Positions 1 through 9,457 of a stretch of 64,000 nucleotides of DNA are shown in pieces. Source of the stretch: Acidimicrobiales bacterium (GTDB lineage: Bacteria > Actinomycetota > Acidimicrobiia > Acidimicrobiales > RAAP-2); assembly GCA_036521415.1 (NCBI GenBank), contig DATDHU010000154.1:10741-74740 (forward strand). Direction: 5' to 3'. Each line of letters begins with the position of its first letter. Position 1 is the first letter of the stretch. The notes below the pieces were generated by a model, which saw nothing but the letters and a program-made list of their open reading frames with translations, did no database searches and was not told the DNA's origin. A program made the translations under genes and the position numbers.

Positions 1-1715
1 GCAGAGGCCACCAGGGCGCCGACGCCACCCTCGATCACCCCGTCCTCCGCGGTGAGCACGACACTGTGTCGCCAGGCATCGTCGATCATGCGCGGGTCCA
101 ACGGAGAGGCCACGCGCACGTCCCACACGGTGGCGTCCACGCCCACGGCAGCCAGGAGCTCGGCCGCCTGCTCGCACGCCGCCACCTGCTTCCCCACGCC
201 GAGCAGGCAGACGTCTGCTCCTCCACGAATGCGCCGCCCGGTCACGCCGCTCCCGGTGACCGGTCCCCGGGCCGCCTCGGTCTTGGGCCAGCGAATGGCG
301 ACCGGCCCTGAGGTGATGGCCAAGGCCTCATGGAGCATGACGGCCACCTCGTCGTAGTTGGCCGGTGCGAAGACCGTCATCCCCGGCACCTTGGTGAGGA
401 GGGCGAGGTCGAGCAAGCCGTGGTGGCTGGGCCCGTCCTCGCCGGTCACGCCGGCTCGATCGATGCAGAAGATCACCGGCAGCCGGTGCAGGCCCACGTC
501 GTAGTAGACCTGGTCCCAGGCCCGGTTGAGGAAGGTCGAGTAGATGGCCACAACTGGTCGGAGCCCGCCCATGGCCATGCCCGCCGCCGCGGTCACCGCG
601 TGCTGCTCGGCGATGCCCACATCGAAGAAGCGGTCGGGGTAGCGGTCGCGGAAGGGAGCAAGACCGGTGGGCCCGGGCATCGCCGCAGTGAGGGCGACCA
701 CCTCGGGCCGGGCCTCGGCCTCGGCCAACAGAGCGGCCGTGAAGGCGTGGGTGTAGCTGGGACCGGCGCCGGGCTTCTGGGTGGCGATTCCGGTGGCCGG
801 GTCGAACGGGCCGATGTCGTGCAGGCACTTGTCCTCGTCGTCCTCGGCCGGTGCGTACCCGCGCCCCTTGGTGGTGTGGACGTGGAGCACCACCGGCCCC
901 GGACGACCGGCCACGGCGCGCAGCGCGCACTCCAGCCGGGCGATGTCATGGCCGTCCACCGGGCCCTCGTAGGACAGGCCGAGCGCCTCGAAGAAGGGGG
1001 CCACCAACGCCGCGTTGTCGCCGGCGTGTCCACCAGGGTGGGCAACAGCGTCGCGGCCAGGTTCAGGGTGGGCACGGCCGGCGGTCGACAGCCGGGAAAC
1101 GGTCGGGGCGTAAGACCGTCCGTTGTCATTCACGATGATCACCACGGGCGTGCCCGTCATGCCGATGTTGTTCAGCGCCTCGTAGGCCAGCCCGCCGGTG
1201 AGGGCACCATCGCCGACCACGGCGATCACCGGACGGTCGTCGCCGCACAGCCGCCGGGCCCGGGCCAACCCGTAGGCGTAGGACAGCGCGGTGGAGGCAT
1301 GGCTGTTCTCCACCAGGTCGTGGTCCGACTCGAGCCGGTTTGGATAGCCCGACAGGCCGCCTCGTTGGCGCAACTGGCCGAAGGCGCCAACCCGTCCGGT
1401 CACCAGCTTGTGCACGTAGGCCTGATGGCCGGTGTCCCAGACCAGGGCGTCTGCAGGTGAGTCGAAGACCCGGTGCAGGGCCAGGGTCAGCTCGACGATG
1501 CCGAGGTTGGAGCCGAGGTGGCCCCCGGTCTCGGCCACCGAGTCGACCAGGAACCGCCGGATGGTGGCAGCCAGCTGCTCGAGCTCGGGGCCGTCCATGG
1601 CCCGTAGGGAGGCGAGGTCGAGCCGGTCGAGCAGGTCACCGCACGGCTCCGCCGGATCGACAAGGGCCACGCCCTCGTCGACAACAGTCGGCGCGTCAGC
1701 GGCAACGGTGCTCAT
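1..1715 (-). CDS. dxs: 1-deoxy-D-xylulose-5-phosphate synthase; C-terminal ~60 aa lie beyond the left window edge
   Basis: Absent from the ORF track because the frame stays open to the window edge. Reverse translation from ATG 1715 gives MSTVAADAP.., the ThDP motif VIAVVGDGALTGGLAYEALNN, GIAEQHAVTAAAGMA and DRAGVTGEDGPSHHG. Starts 11 nt after the hpnH stop. Confidence 0.9.
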   Translation of the reverse strand, partial: MSTVAADAPTVVDEGVALVDPAEPCGDLLDRLDLASLRAMDGPELEQLAATIRRFLVDSVAETGGHLGSNLGIVELTLALHRVFDSPADALVWDTGHQAYVHKLVTGRVGAFGQLRQRGGLSGYPNRLESDHDLVENSHASTALSYAYGLARARRLCGDDRPVIAVVGDGALTGGLAYEALNNIGMTGTPVVIIVNDNGRSYAPTVSRLSTAGRAHPEPGRDAVAHPGGHAGDNAALVAPFFEALGLSYEGPVDGHDIARLECALRAVAGRPGPVVLHVHTTKGRGYAPAEDDEDKCLHDIGPFDPATGIATQKPGAGPSYTHAFTAALLAEAEARPEVVALTAAMPGPTGLAPFRDRYPDRFFDVGIAEQHAVTAAAGMAMGGLRPVVAIYSTFLNRAWDQVYYDVGLHRLPVIFCIDRAGVTGEDGPSHHGLLDLALLTKVPGMTVFAPANYDEVAVMLHEALAITSGPVAIRWPKTEAARGPVTGSGVTGRRIRGGADVCLLGVGKQVAACEQAAELLAAVGVDATVWDVRVASPLDPRMIDDAWRHSVVLTAEDGVIEGGVGALVAS

Positions 1716-1726
1716 GGTCACCGGGA

Positions 1727-2731
1727 TCAATGGGTGTTGACGAGGGCTCGTAGGGATTGGCGCAAGGAGTCCATGCTGGCGATCACCGACGTGGGCTCGT
1801 ACCCACAGTGGGCCATGCAGTTGGCACAGCGCGGGTCCTTTCCCCGGCCGTAGGCGTCCCAGTCGGTCGTCTCCACCAGCTCCTTGTAGCTGGTGGCATA
1901 GCCGTCGGACATCAGGTAGCAGGGGCGCTGCCAGCCCAGAACCGAGTAGCTGGGGATCCCCCAGGCGGTGCAGGAGAACTCCTGCTTGCCCTCGAGGAAG
2001 TCCAGGAACAGGGGCGAATGGTTAAGGCGCCACTTCTTGCGCTTCCCGTCGAAGGCGTCCCGGAACAGCTTCCGGGTCTGGTCGACACCGAGGAAGTGCT
2101 CCTGGTCGGGGGCCTTCTCGTAGGCGTAGGCGGGTGAGATCATCATGGCGTCGACCTTGAGGTCGTCGTTCAAGAAGTCGAGAACGTCCCGGACGGTCTT
2201 GGGCGAGTCGGTATTGAAGAACGTGGAGTTGGTCGTCACCCGGAAGCCCTTCTCCTTCGCCTCCCGGATGGCCGCCACCGCCTCGTCGAACACTCCCTCC
2301 CGGTCGACGGCGGCGTCGTGGCGCTCCTTCATGCCGTCGATGTGCACGACCCAGGAGAAGAAGTGCGACGGCGCGAAGCGCTCCAGGCGGCGCCGGAGCA
2401 GCACGGCGTTGGTGCACAGGTAGACGTACACCTTGCGGCGGATGAGCTCGGCCACGATGCGCTCCATGTCCGGGTGGAGGAGAGGCTCACCCCCGGCGAT
2501 GGAGACCATGGGCGTCCCGGTCTCCTCCACTGCTTGGAGGATGTCCTCCATCGACAGCCGCTTCCTGAGGATGTCGGTGGGATGCTGGATCTTTCCGCAA
2601 CCCGGGCACGAGAGGTTGCATGCGAACAGTGGCTCGATCTCCACGATGAAGGGATAGTGCTTGACGCCCTTCAGCTTCTGCCGGAGCAGATGGGATCCGA
2701 TCTTCATGTTCTGTCGGAGAGGTATGGGCAT
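1727..2731 (-). CDS. hpnH: adenosylhopane synthase (radical SAM) HpnH
   Basis: ORF 1727..2944 trimmed to internal ATG 2731 (MPIPLRQNMKIGSHLLRQKLKG..). Has the radical-SAM motif CNLSCPGC and end-to-end HpnH-like sequence (WGIPSYSVLGWQRPCYLM, CANCMAHCGYEPT). The ATG overlaps the upstream stop (TAATG). Confidence 0.9.
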   Translation of the reverse strand: MPIPLRQNMKIGSHLLRQKLKGVKHYPFIVEIEPLFACNLSCPGCGKIQHPTDILRKRLSMEDILQAVEETGTPMVSIAGGEPLLHPDMERIVAELIRRKVYVYLCTNAVLLRRRLERFAPSHFFSWVVHIDGMKERHDAAVDREGVFDEAVAAIREAKEKGFRVTTNSTFFNTDSPKTVRDVLDFLNDDLKVDAMMISPAYAYEKAPDQEHFLGVDQTRKLFRDAFDGKRKKWRLNHSPLFLDFLEGKQEFSCTAWGIPSYSVLGWQRPCYLMSDGYATSYKELVETTDWDAYGRGKDPRCANCMAHCGYEPTSVIASMDSLRQSLRALVNTH

Positions 2732-4212
2732 TAGCGCACCGCCTGAGGTAGAGAGAAATGGGCACTTTCTTCCGTGGTCCGATGCTCGGTGACGACCACC
2801 GGACCGAGGTCCGAGACGCTGTCGATCACGCGTTGGACTAGGAATTCCGGAGCAGACGCACCGGCGGTGATGCCGACGGTCTCCACGCCGTCGAACCAGC
2901 TCAACCGGAGGTGCGTCTCGTCTTCGATCAGCTCGGTCCGGCAACCCTCGCGCCTGGCCACCTCGACCAGACGGGCCGTGTTGGACGAATTGGCCGAACC
3001 GACCACCAAGAGCAGGTCGCAGAGGTCGACCATGCCCCGCACCGCGTCCTGGCGGTTCTGGGTGGCGTAACAGATGTCGTTGGAGTTGGGGCCGTGCAGG
3101 TCGGGGAACCGGTTGCGCAGGGCGGCGATGATCTCGGCCGTCTCGTCGGTGGCCAGGGTGGTCTGGGTGAGGTAGGCCACCTCGGCACCGGGCTCGATGT
3201 CGAGGGCGGCCACGTCCGCCGGTCGCTCGACCAGGGCCATGGGCGCCTCGCCCAGCGTGCCGGCGATCTCCTCGTGACCCTCGTGGCCGATCAGGACGAT
3301 CTGGTAGTCGTGGGAGGCAAAGCGGCGGGCCTCGTGGTGGACCTTGGTCACCAGCGGGCAGGTGGCGTCGATGACCGACAGGTCGCTGCGGCGGCCCGCC
3401 TCCTCGCGGACCTTAGGCGAGACGCCGTGGGCGGCGAGGACGACGACGGCCCCGGCCGGCACCTCGTCGAGCTCCTCCACGAAGATCGCCCCCTTCCCCT
3501 CTAGGTCGGCGACGACATGGCTGTTGTGCACGATCTGCCGGCGGACGTAGACCGGCGAGCCGAAGCGTTCGATGGCCCGCTCCACGATCTCGATGGCCCG
3601 CTCGACGCCGGCACAGAACGAGCGCGGCGCGGCGAGCACGACGTGGTGCCGGCCGACAGCGCCGGCCCAGCGTTCCAGCGAGGGTCGCACCCGCATCAAG
3701 GTGGCGAGGGCCCGCATCCCGCCGACCGCCATGTCGGCCAGGCCACCCTCGGCCGTGTCCGAGATGGCGCGCACAACGGCTACGGGCTGGTCGAGCGGGA
3801 GCTGATCGACCAACCAGGCCGACTCCATGTCCACCGCGATGGCGCCGGTAGCGGCGAGAGCCGCCCTCGACGCATCCCGGACGAGGTGGAGTGAGGACAC
3901 GATCGGCCCGGTACGGACGTCAAGGCCCTTCTGGCGGAGGTCGTCGGCGATCCGCTCGGCCCCGGGAAGCGACCGGACGATGCTCCCGTCGACGGTGCGC
4001 ACCTCGGTCGCCACCACCAGTTGCCCGAGCGGCAGATCGGGATCCAACCCACCGGCCACGCCGACGAGGGCGATGGCCTGCGAGGAGGGCGAGGCGGCCA
4101 GCCTCGCCCCCGAAGCGGTCGCCTTGGCCCGGCCCATCCCGATGCGGGGCACGGCCCCGCCGACAGCCATGGCCTCGATGCGTAGCGGCGACACGACGGT
4201 GAGGTCAGCCAT
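2731..4212 (-). CDS. hpnG/ispH: fusion protein: hopanoid-associated phosphorylase/nucleosidase (HpnG-like) N-terminal domain + 4-hydroxy-3-methylbut-2-enyl diphosphate reductase (IspH/LytB) C-terminal domain
   Basis: ORF 2731..4332 trimmed to ATG 4212 (MADLTVVSPLRIE..). The first ~225 aa have the PNP_UDP fold motifs GVAGGLDPDL, AVDMES and VRAISD. The last ~265 aa are IspH with all three cluster cysteines (SFCAGV, DATCPLVTKVH, NDICYATQNRQ). One uninterrupted frame. Confidence 0.85.
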   Translation of the reverse strand: MADLTVVSPLRIEAMAVGGAVPRIGMGRAKATASGARLAASPSSQAIALVGVAGGLDPDLPLGQLVVATEVRTVDGSIVRSLPGAERIADDLRQKGLDVRTGPIVSSLHLVRDASRAALAATGAIAVDMESAWLVDQLPLDQPVAVVRAISDTAEGGLADMAVGGMRALATLMRVRPSLERWAGAVGRHHVVLAAPRSFCAGVERAIEIVERAIERFGSPVYVRRQIVHNSHVVADLEGKGAIFVEELDEVPAGAVVVLAAHGVSPKVREEAGRRSDLSVIDATCPLVTKVHHEARRFASHDYQIVLIGHEGHEEIAGTLGEAPMALVERPADVAALDIEPGAEVAYLTQTTLATDETAEIIAALRNRFPDLHGPNSNDICYATQNRQDAVRGMVDLCDLLLVVGSANSSNTARLVEVARREGCRTELIEDETHLRLSWFDGVETVGITAGASAPEFLVQRVIDSVSDLGPVVVTEHRTTEESAHFSLPQAVR

Positions 4213-6229
4213 GGGTCCGCTCCGCAACGGCGCCGCCGGTCTTCCCGCCAAGGTGGCGGCTCTCCTGACCCACGCCAAGGTGGCGGCTGTCTTGCCTACC
4301 GCCAAGGTGGCGGCTGTCCTGCCTACCGCCAAGGTGGCGGCCGAGGGCCATCACCGGGAAGATCAGGCGGTACAGGTGGTAGTTGATGTAGAAGTCCCCA
4401 GGGAAGCCGGTGCCGGTGAACCAGGGCTCGTCCCAGGTCCCGTCGTCTCGCTGGGTGCCGACCAGGAACTCGATGCCGGCGTCGGCGGACGTCCCCTGGC
4501 GCCCGGCGGCGAGGAGGGCGAGGAGGGCCCAGGCCGTCTGGGAGGCGGTCGAGGTCCCTTGCCCGCCCAGGCTCGGGTCTCGGTAGGAGCGGAGGTCCTC
4601 ACCCCAGCCACCGTCGTGGTTCTGATGGGACTCGAGCCACCGGACCGCCTTGGCCAGAGCCGGGTGCTCGGGCCCGATGCCCGCCGCGGTGAGGGCCGGT
4701 ACCACGGCCCCGGTGCCGTAGACGTAGTTGGCTCCCCAGCGACCGAACCAGGAGCCGTCGGCCTCCTGCGCGTCGAGCAGCCACTGGACGCCGCGGTCCA
4801 TGGCCGGACCGCGGCGGCCCAGCACGGCCAGCATCTCGACCACGTGGGCGGTGACGTCCGCGCTCGGTGGGTCGATGAGCTCACCGAAGTCGCAGAAGGG
4901 GAGCTCCTCGCACAGGCCGCGGGTGTTGTCGGCGTCGAAGGCACCCCAGCCACCGTCGCGGCACTGCATCCCCTCGATCCAGGCCACGGCCCGGTCGATG
5001 GCCCCTTCGGCGGAGACGTCGCAGTGCCGGAGGGCCAGCACCACCTCGGCCGTGTCGTCGATGTCGGGGTAATGGTCGTTGGCGAACTCGAACGCCCACC
5101 CGCCGGGAGCGAGACGGGGCCGCCGGATGCTCCAGTCCCCCCTGATGGTGACCTCCTGGCCCAACAGCCAGGCGCCGGCCTCTCGCATGCCCTGGTCGGT
5201 GGGCAACGTGCCCGCATCGGCCAACCCGATGACGGCCAGGGCCGTGTCCCACACCGGTGACTGACAGGCCTCGAGGCGACGGCCGGCCTCGTCCTCGATG
5301 GTGAAGCCGTCCAGCCCGTCCAGGCCGGCGCGCATGACGGGATGATCGAGCGGGTAGCCCTGTAGATGCAGCGCCATGAGCGAATAGACCCAGGGAGGCT
5401 GGATCCCGCCCCAGGATCCGTCAGCCTCTTGGCGCTGCACGATCCATCGCTCGGCCCGCTGCAGTGCCAGCTTGCGCAGCACGGAGACGGGCCGGCGCTC
5501 GTAGACGTGGAGCAATCGGTCGAGCCGCTCGAAGCGCCTCCCCCACCGGCTGGTGGGCCTGTGCGGGGGCAGTGTCCCGGTCCGGAGCTCGTCGATGGTC
5601 ACCGGGATGGGGCGAACAGGTCGGTGGGCACTGATCACGGTTAGGGCGGCGACCGTCTGACGGGCCCAGCAACCAAAGTCGTAGATGTTGAGGGGCACCG
5701 ACGGCGGGAGGAGCATGAGCTCGGGCGGCATGACCGGGAGGTCCTCCCACGACCAGAGCCCGAACAGCGCCATCCAGATCCGGGTGAAGACCCGGCTGGC
5801 CTCCAGGCCGCCGGAATGGCGGACGAATCCCGCGGCCCGGGCCATGTGTGGCGCGTCGACTCCGTCGCCGGCCAGTCGGAGGGCCACGTAGGCCTCGATG
5901 GTGGTGGAGAGGTCCGGCGGGCCTCCGTGGAAGGTGGCCCAGGTCCCGTCGTCGCGCTGGCGGGAGCGGATCCACGTCGCCGTCCTCTGCGTCTGGTCAT
6001 CGGTGCGGATCCCGAGGAACTGGCGCAACAGGAGGTCTTCCGCCTCCATGGTGACGTTCGTCTCGAGCTCACCTTTCCACCAGCCGTCGGGATCCTGCAG
6101 CCGGCCCAGTGCGCCGACGGCGCGGGTGAGCGCTTCGCCCGCGGTCCGGTCGAGGCGGTGCCCGTCGGTGCCCGTGGCTTCGGCGTCAGGCGCCCGGTCG
6201 AAGACCGAGGAGCTGGTGGTGGCGGTCAT
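4205..6229 (-). CDS. shc: squalene-hopene cyclase with a repeat-extended C-terminus
   Basis: 674 aa with the DxDD motif (YPDIDDTAEVV) and QW-type repeats (RQRDDGTW, QEADGSWGG, QNHDGGWGE, QRDDGTWDE). The C-terminus carries about four copies of RHLGGRQDS. Confidence 0.93.
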   Translation of the reverse strand: MTATTSSSVFDRAPDAEATGTDGHRLDRTAGEALTRAVGALGRLQDPDGWWKGELETNVTMEAEDLLLRQFLGIRTDDQTQRTATWIRSRQRDDGTWATFHGGPPDLSTTIEAYVALRLAGDGVDAPHMARAAGFVRHSGGLEASRVFTRIWMALFGLWSWEDLPVMPPELMLLPPSVPLNIYDFGCWARQTVAALTVISAHRPVRPIPVTIDELRTGTLPPHRPTSRWGRRFERLDRLLHVYERRPVSVLRKLALQRAERWIVQRQEADGSWGGIQPPWVYSLMALHLQGYPLDHPVMRAGLDGLDGFTIEDEAGRRLEACQSPVWDTALAVIGLADAGTLPTDQGMREAGAWLLGQEVTIRGDWSIRRPRLAPGGWAFEFANDHYPDIDDTAEVVLALRHCDVSAEGAIDRAVAWIEGMQCRDGGWGAFDADNTRGLCEELPFCDFGELIDPPSADVTAHVVEMLAVLGRRGPAMDRGVQWLLDAQEADGSWFGRWGANYVYGTGAVVPALTAAGIGPEHPALAKAVRWLESHQNHDGGWGEDLRSYRDPSLGGQGTSTASQTAWALLALLAAGRQGTSADAGIEFLVGTQRDDGTWDEPWFTGTGFPGDFYINYHLYRLIFPVMALGRHLGGRQDSRHLGGRQDSRHLGVGQESRHLGGKTGGAVAERTHG
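4247..4345 (-). repeat. 27-bp in-frame tandem repeat, ~3.7 copies, at the 3' end of shc
   Basis: The core gccaaggtggcggc recurs at 4247, 4274, 4301 and 4328, exactly 27 bp apart. It encodes ..ALGRHLGGRQDSRHLGGRQDSRHLGVGQESRHLGGKTGG.. on the minus strand. Confidence 0.9.
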
Positions 6230-7227
6230 CGGTCGCGCTCGGTCACGAACTGGGCGATGGCCTCCAACTGGGAGCGGGGGCCGGGGAGGAGGTCGGCCCG
6301 GTCCAGAGACGTGAGCGCCGCGTCCAGGTGGGACTCGGCGATGCCCATGGCCTCGTCGCGAGCGCCGCTCTCCTCGATGAGCCGGGCGGCCTCGATGACG
6401 TCGTCTCCCGCCAGCGGGCGACCGAGCAGTGCGGCGAGCTCGGGACGCCGACCGTCGACGCGGGCCAGTGCGGTGACGACCGGGAGGGTCATCTTGTGCT
6501 GGACCAGATCGTTGCCGGCCGGCTTACCGGTCTGGCTCGGCTCGCCCCAGATCCCCAGCACGTCGTCGATGGCCTGGAAGGCGATGCCCACGTTGCGGCC
6601 GAAGTCGGCTAGGGCGGCCACGGTGGGGTCGGGGGCACCGACCAGCAGGGCGCCGAGCGACGAGGCACAGGACAACAGGGCCCCTGTCTTCCCGGTGGCC
6701 ATGCGCAGGCACTCCTCCACAGTCACCGAGGCTCGGGTCTCGAAGGCCATGTCGTCGGCCTGGCCGGCGATCATCTCCTGGGTGGCCGTGGTCAGGGCGG
6801 CCGTGGCCCGCACCCGCTCGGGGGTGGGATCGTCGAGCAGCACCTGGGTAGCCAGCGCGGCCAATGCATCCCCGGCGATGATGGCCGAGCCGATCCCGAA
6901 CTGGGCCCAGACGGTCGGGCGATGACGCCGGTCGCGGTCCTCGTCGATGATGTCGTCGTGGAGCAGCGAGAAGTTGTGGACCAGCTCGATGGCCACGGCT
7001 CCGGGGATGCCCGTCTCCTCGGTGCCGCCGGCCGCCGCCGCCGAAACCAGCACCAGTGCGGCCCGGACCCGCTTGCCCCCGCCGGCCAGGTGATGGCGGA
7101 CTGGCTCGGCCAGCTCGGGGCTGAGGCGGTCGACAGCCGCATCGAGAGCCGGAGTGACGAGCGCGGCGGCGCGCCCCAGGGACTCGGGGAGGAGTGCGGG
7201 AACCGTCGTTGCCGGAGAGGCGGTCAT
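6226..7227 (-). CDS. polyprenyl (farnesyl/geranylgeranyl) diphosphate synthase of the hopanoid cluster
   Basis: ORF 6226..7629 trimmed to ATG 7227 (MTASPATTVPALL..), which overlaps the hpnE stop (ATGA). First Asp-rich motif LLHDDIIDED, second FQAIDDVLG. Confidence 0.85.
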   Translation of the reverse strand: MTASPATTVPALLPESLGRAAALVTPALDAAVDRLSPELAEPVRHHLAGGGKRVRAALVLVSAAAAGGTEETGIPGAVAIELVHNFSLLHDDIIDEDRDRRHRPTVWAQFGIGSAIIAGDALAALATQVLLDDPTPERVRATAALTTATQEMIAGQADDMAFETRASVTVEECLRMATGKTGALLSCASSLGALLVGAPDPTVAALADFGRNVGIAFQAIDDVLGIWGEPSQTGKPAGNDLVQHKMTLPVVTALARVDGRRPELAALLGRPLAGDDVIEAARLIEESGARDEAMGIAESHLDAALTSLDRADLLPGPRSQLEAIAQFVTERDR

Positions 7228-8621
7228 TGTGGGACTCCTTCGAGCCTGGGGGCCGGGACTCCTTGGAGATGGAGGGGCGGGTTGTCGCGTTCGCTGCTCT
7301 GCTCGCTGCCGGCCTCGGCCAGGGCCACCGCCGCAGCCGACTGCCCGCTGCGCACCGCCCCCTCCATGGTCGCCGGCCAACCCGTGTCGCACCAGGCGCC
7401 AGCCAGCGCCAGGCCTCGGAGGCCGGTCCGCGAGGAGGGCCGCAATGCGGCCGTCCCAGGAACAGCGCGGAAGGTGGCTGCGCGCTCGCGGCTGACCGTG
7501 CCGTCGACAAGGCGAGCGTGGCGGGCCGCCGGGAGCAGTTCGTCGAGAGCCTGGCGGAACGAGCGCACTAGGTCCTCGGGGCGCTGGCCGATGACGGCAT
7601 CGGCCCCTGACAACGAGATGGCCAGGCACTGCCCTTGAGCCAGGCCGGACGAGGCCGTGCGGTCGAACAGGAACTGGATCGGGGTGCCCATGCCGGCGGC
7701 CATGGGGAGGTCGGTCACCCGGCGATCGAGGACCAGGTGCACGTTGACGATGGGCGAGGTGCCCAGTCCGTCGACGGCGGGCAGGACGCCCTTTGGAACG
7801 AGGGCAGCGGTCACCTCGGGCGGTGTGGCGACGATCACCGAATCAGCGCGCACCGGGCCGTCGGGAGTGGCGACGGTCCAGCTGCCGTCAGTGGCGCGGG
7901 AGACCCCCTCGACCCGGGACCCGAGCCGCACGTCGACGCCGGACGCCGACAGAGCCCGCGACCCGTTCTCGGCGTGCAGCTGCCGCAGGGGTACCTGGGA
8001 CCACCCGATGTCACCGCCGTCGGCGCTGTCGAGCAGGCCGGTGCGGAAGACCTTGACCGCCAAGGCCAGGGACGCCTCGGCGGCGGGCACATTGACCGTG
8101 GGAAGGGTGATGAGGTCCCACAGACGCTCGACGGCCCTGGCGCTCTGCCCGTGATCGGCCAGCCACCGCCCGAAGGTGATGCGGTCGAGTGCGGGGTCGT
8201 GAGGGTCGAGGCGGCGCATGGCCAGGACGGCGCGCCCCAGCCCGGCCCGTTCCCCCACACTGAGGAAGCGGTAGCGGGCCAACGAACCGGCGAGGTGGAA
8301 GGGGGCGGGCAGGTCGGTGCGGGTGATGGACGCGGTGATCCCCCCCGGCGCCAGGACGGGCACCTCGAGCCGGGGCTGGAGCGACACCTCGCCCGTGGCC
8401 CCGATGCGTTCCAGGAATCCGCGGTAGGCGGTGCAGCACCGCATGAAGACGTGCTGGCCGTTGTCGAACCAGAGACCGTTGCGGCGGAACGACCAGGTGA
8501 GCCCGCCCAACCGGGAGCGCCGCTCGAAGACGACGACGTCGGCCCCCCCGTCGACGGCGGCCAGTGCAGCACTGACGCCGGCCAGTCCCCCTCCGATGAC
8601 CGCTATGCGCGGGCAGGTCAC
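7224..8621 (-). CDS. hpnE: hydroxysqualene dehydroxylase (FAD amine-oxidase family) HpnE
   Basis: GTG 8621 overlaps the hpnD stop (GTGA) and gives VTCPRIAVIGGGLAGVSAALAA.. (dinucleotide fold). Phytoene-desaturase-like throughout and in the expected position after hpnC-hpnD. Confidence 0.8.
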   Translation of the reverse strand: MTCPRIAVIGGGLAGVSAALAAVDGGADVVVFERRSRLGGLTWSFRRNGLWFDNGQHVFMRCCTAYRGFLERIGATGEVSLQPRLEVPVLAPGGITASITRTDLPAPFHLAGSLARYRFLSVGERAGLGRAVLAMRRLDPHDPALDRITFGRWLADHGQSARAVERLWDLITLPTVNVPAAEASLALAVKVFRTGLLDSADGGDIGWSQVPLRQLHAENGSRALSASGVDVRLGSRVEGVSRATDGSWTVATPDGPVRADSVIVATPPEVTAALVPKGVLPAVDGLGTSPIVNVHLVLDRRVTDLPMAAGMGTPIQFLFDRTASSGLAQGQCLAISLSGADAVIGQRPEDLVRSFRQALDELLPAARHARLVDGTVSRERAATFRAVPGTAALRPSSRTGLRGLALAGAWCDTGWPATMEGAVRSGQSAAAVALAEAGSEQSSERDNPPLHLQGVPAPRLEGVPQ

Positions 8622-9457
8622 GGAGTGCCACCGGAGATGCTGCGCAGGGCGATGTACCCCTTCTCCCATGCCGGCAGCGACACCCGCCCGCGGGTCACGG
8701 CGATCGGGTCCCGCTCGATGCGAGCCAGCAGGCGGCGATAGATGCCGGCCATGGCCGAGACACAGGCGCGGCTCCTCCGGTCGAGCAGTGGGAGCAGCCG
8801 GAGCCCTCGATCGAACCACTCACGCGCCCGCACGCACTCGAAGGCCACGAGGTCAGCCACGGCCGACGGCGGCCCGCTCAGGTCGGGCGGGCAGCCCACC
8901 GCTTCTGCGTCCTCGGTCGGCAGGTAGACGCGACCACGCTCGCCGTCCTCGATGATGTCCCGGAGGATGTTGGTCAGCTGGAGGGCCACGCCGAGGTCGT
9001 CGGCCAGCGGGTTGGCTACGGTCACGTCGTCCACCCCGAAGATGGCGAGTGACAGGCGGCCCACCGAGCCGGCTACCCGGCGGCAGTAGCCCACCAGGTC
9101 GTCGATGGTGGCGTACTCCGCCCCCCCGACGTCCATGACACAGCCGTCGATCAACTCGCCGAACGCAGCCATGGGCAAGCCGTAGCGCGCCGCGGCATGG
9201 GCGACACCGGCGAGCACCGGGTCGTCGGTCTCGGCCGAGACGGGCTCCAGGTCCTTGCGGACGGCGGCCAGCTCCTCGAGACGCTGGGCGGCGGGCGCGT
9301 CGCCGTCGCCGATGTCGTCAATCCTCCTGGCCAGGGCGTAGACAGCCGACAGGGCGTGCCGCTCGGGCTCTTTGAGCAGGCGGATGCCGTAGGCGAAGTT
9401 CTTGGCCTCACGACGGGTGATGGCCTCGCACTCGAGATAGGCGGCATCGGCATTCAT
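8618..9457 (-). CDS. hpnD: presqualene diphosphate synthase HpnD (squalene/phytoene synthase family)
   Basis: 279 aa with AKNFAYGIRLL, YALARRIDDIGDGD and LQLTNILRDIIED. Second gene of a tandem SQS/PSY pair; ATGA overlap with hpnC. Confidence 0.85.
   Translation of the reverse strand: MNADAAYLECEAITRREAKNFAYGIRLLKEPERHALSAVYALARRIDDIGDGDAPAAQRLEELAAVRKDLEPVSAETDDPVLAGVAHAAARYGLPMAAFGELIDGCVMDVGGAEYATIDDLVGYCRRVAGSVGRLSLAIFGVDDVTVANPLADDLGVALQLTNILRDIIEDGERGRVYLPTEDAEAVGCPPDLSGPPSAVADLVAFECVRAREWFDRGLRLLPLLDRRSRACVSAMAGIYRRLLARIERDPIAVTRGRVSLPAWEKGYIALRSISGGTP

Noticed and set aside
330-1460. 376-aa plus-strand ORF, with several others at 52-1753, overlapping the dxs region
   Set aside because: They are antisense or out of frame relative to a clearly recognisable dxs. 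The translations are Arg/Gly/Pro/His-rich, as is typical of shadow ORFs in high-GC DNA.
4213-4332. Upstream TTG start (4332) giving a 533-aa HpnG-IspH
   Set aside because: The extra 40 aa (MAVGRTAATLAVGKTAATLA..) are just the 27-bp shc repeat read in another frame. ATG 4212 gives a normal HpnG N-terminus and the usual start/stop overlap.
3827-8741. Long plus-strand ORFs 3827..5260, 5816..6925, 6922..7638 and 7635..8741
   Set aside because: All lie antisense to well-supported hopanoid genes (shc, polyprenyl synthase, hpnE) and have low-complexity, shadow-like composition.
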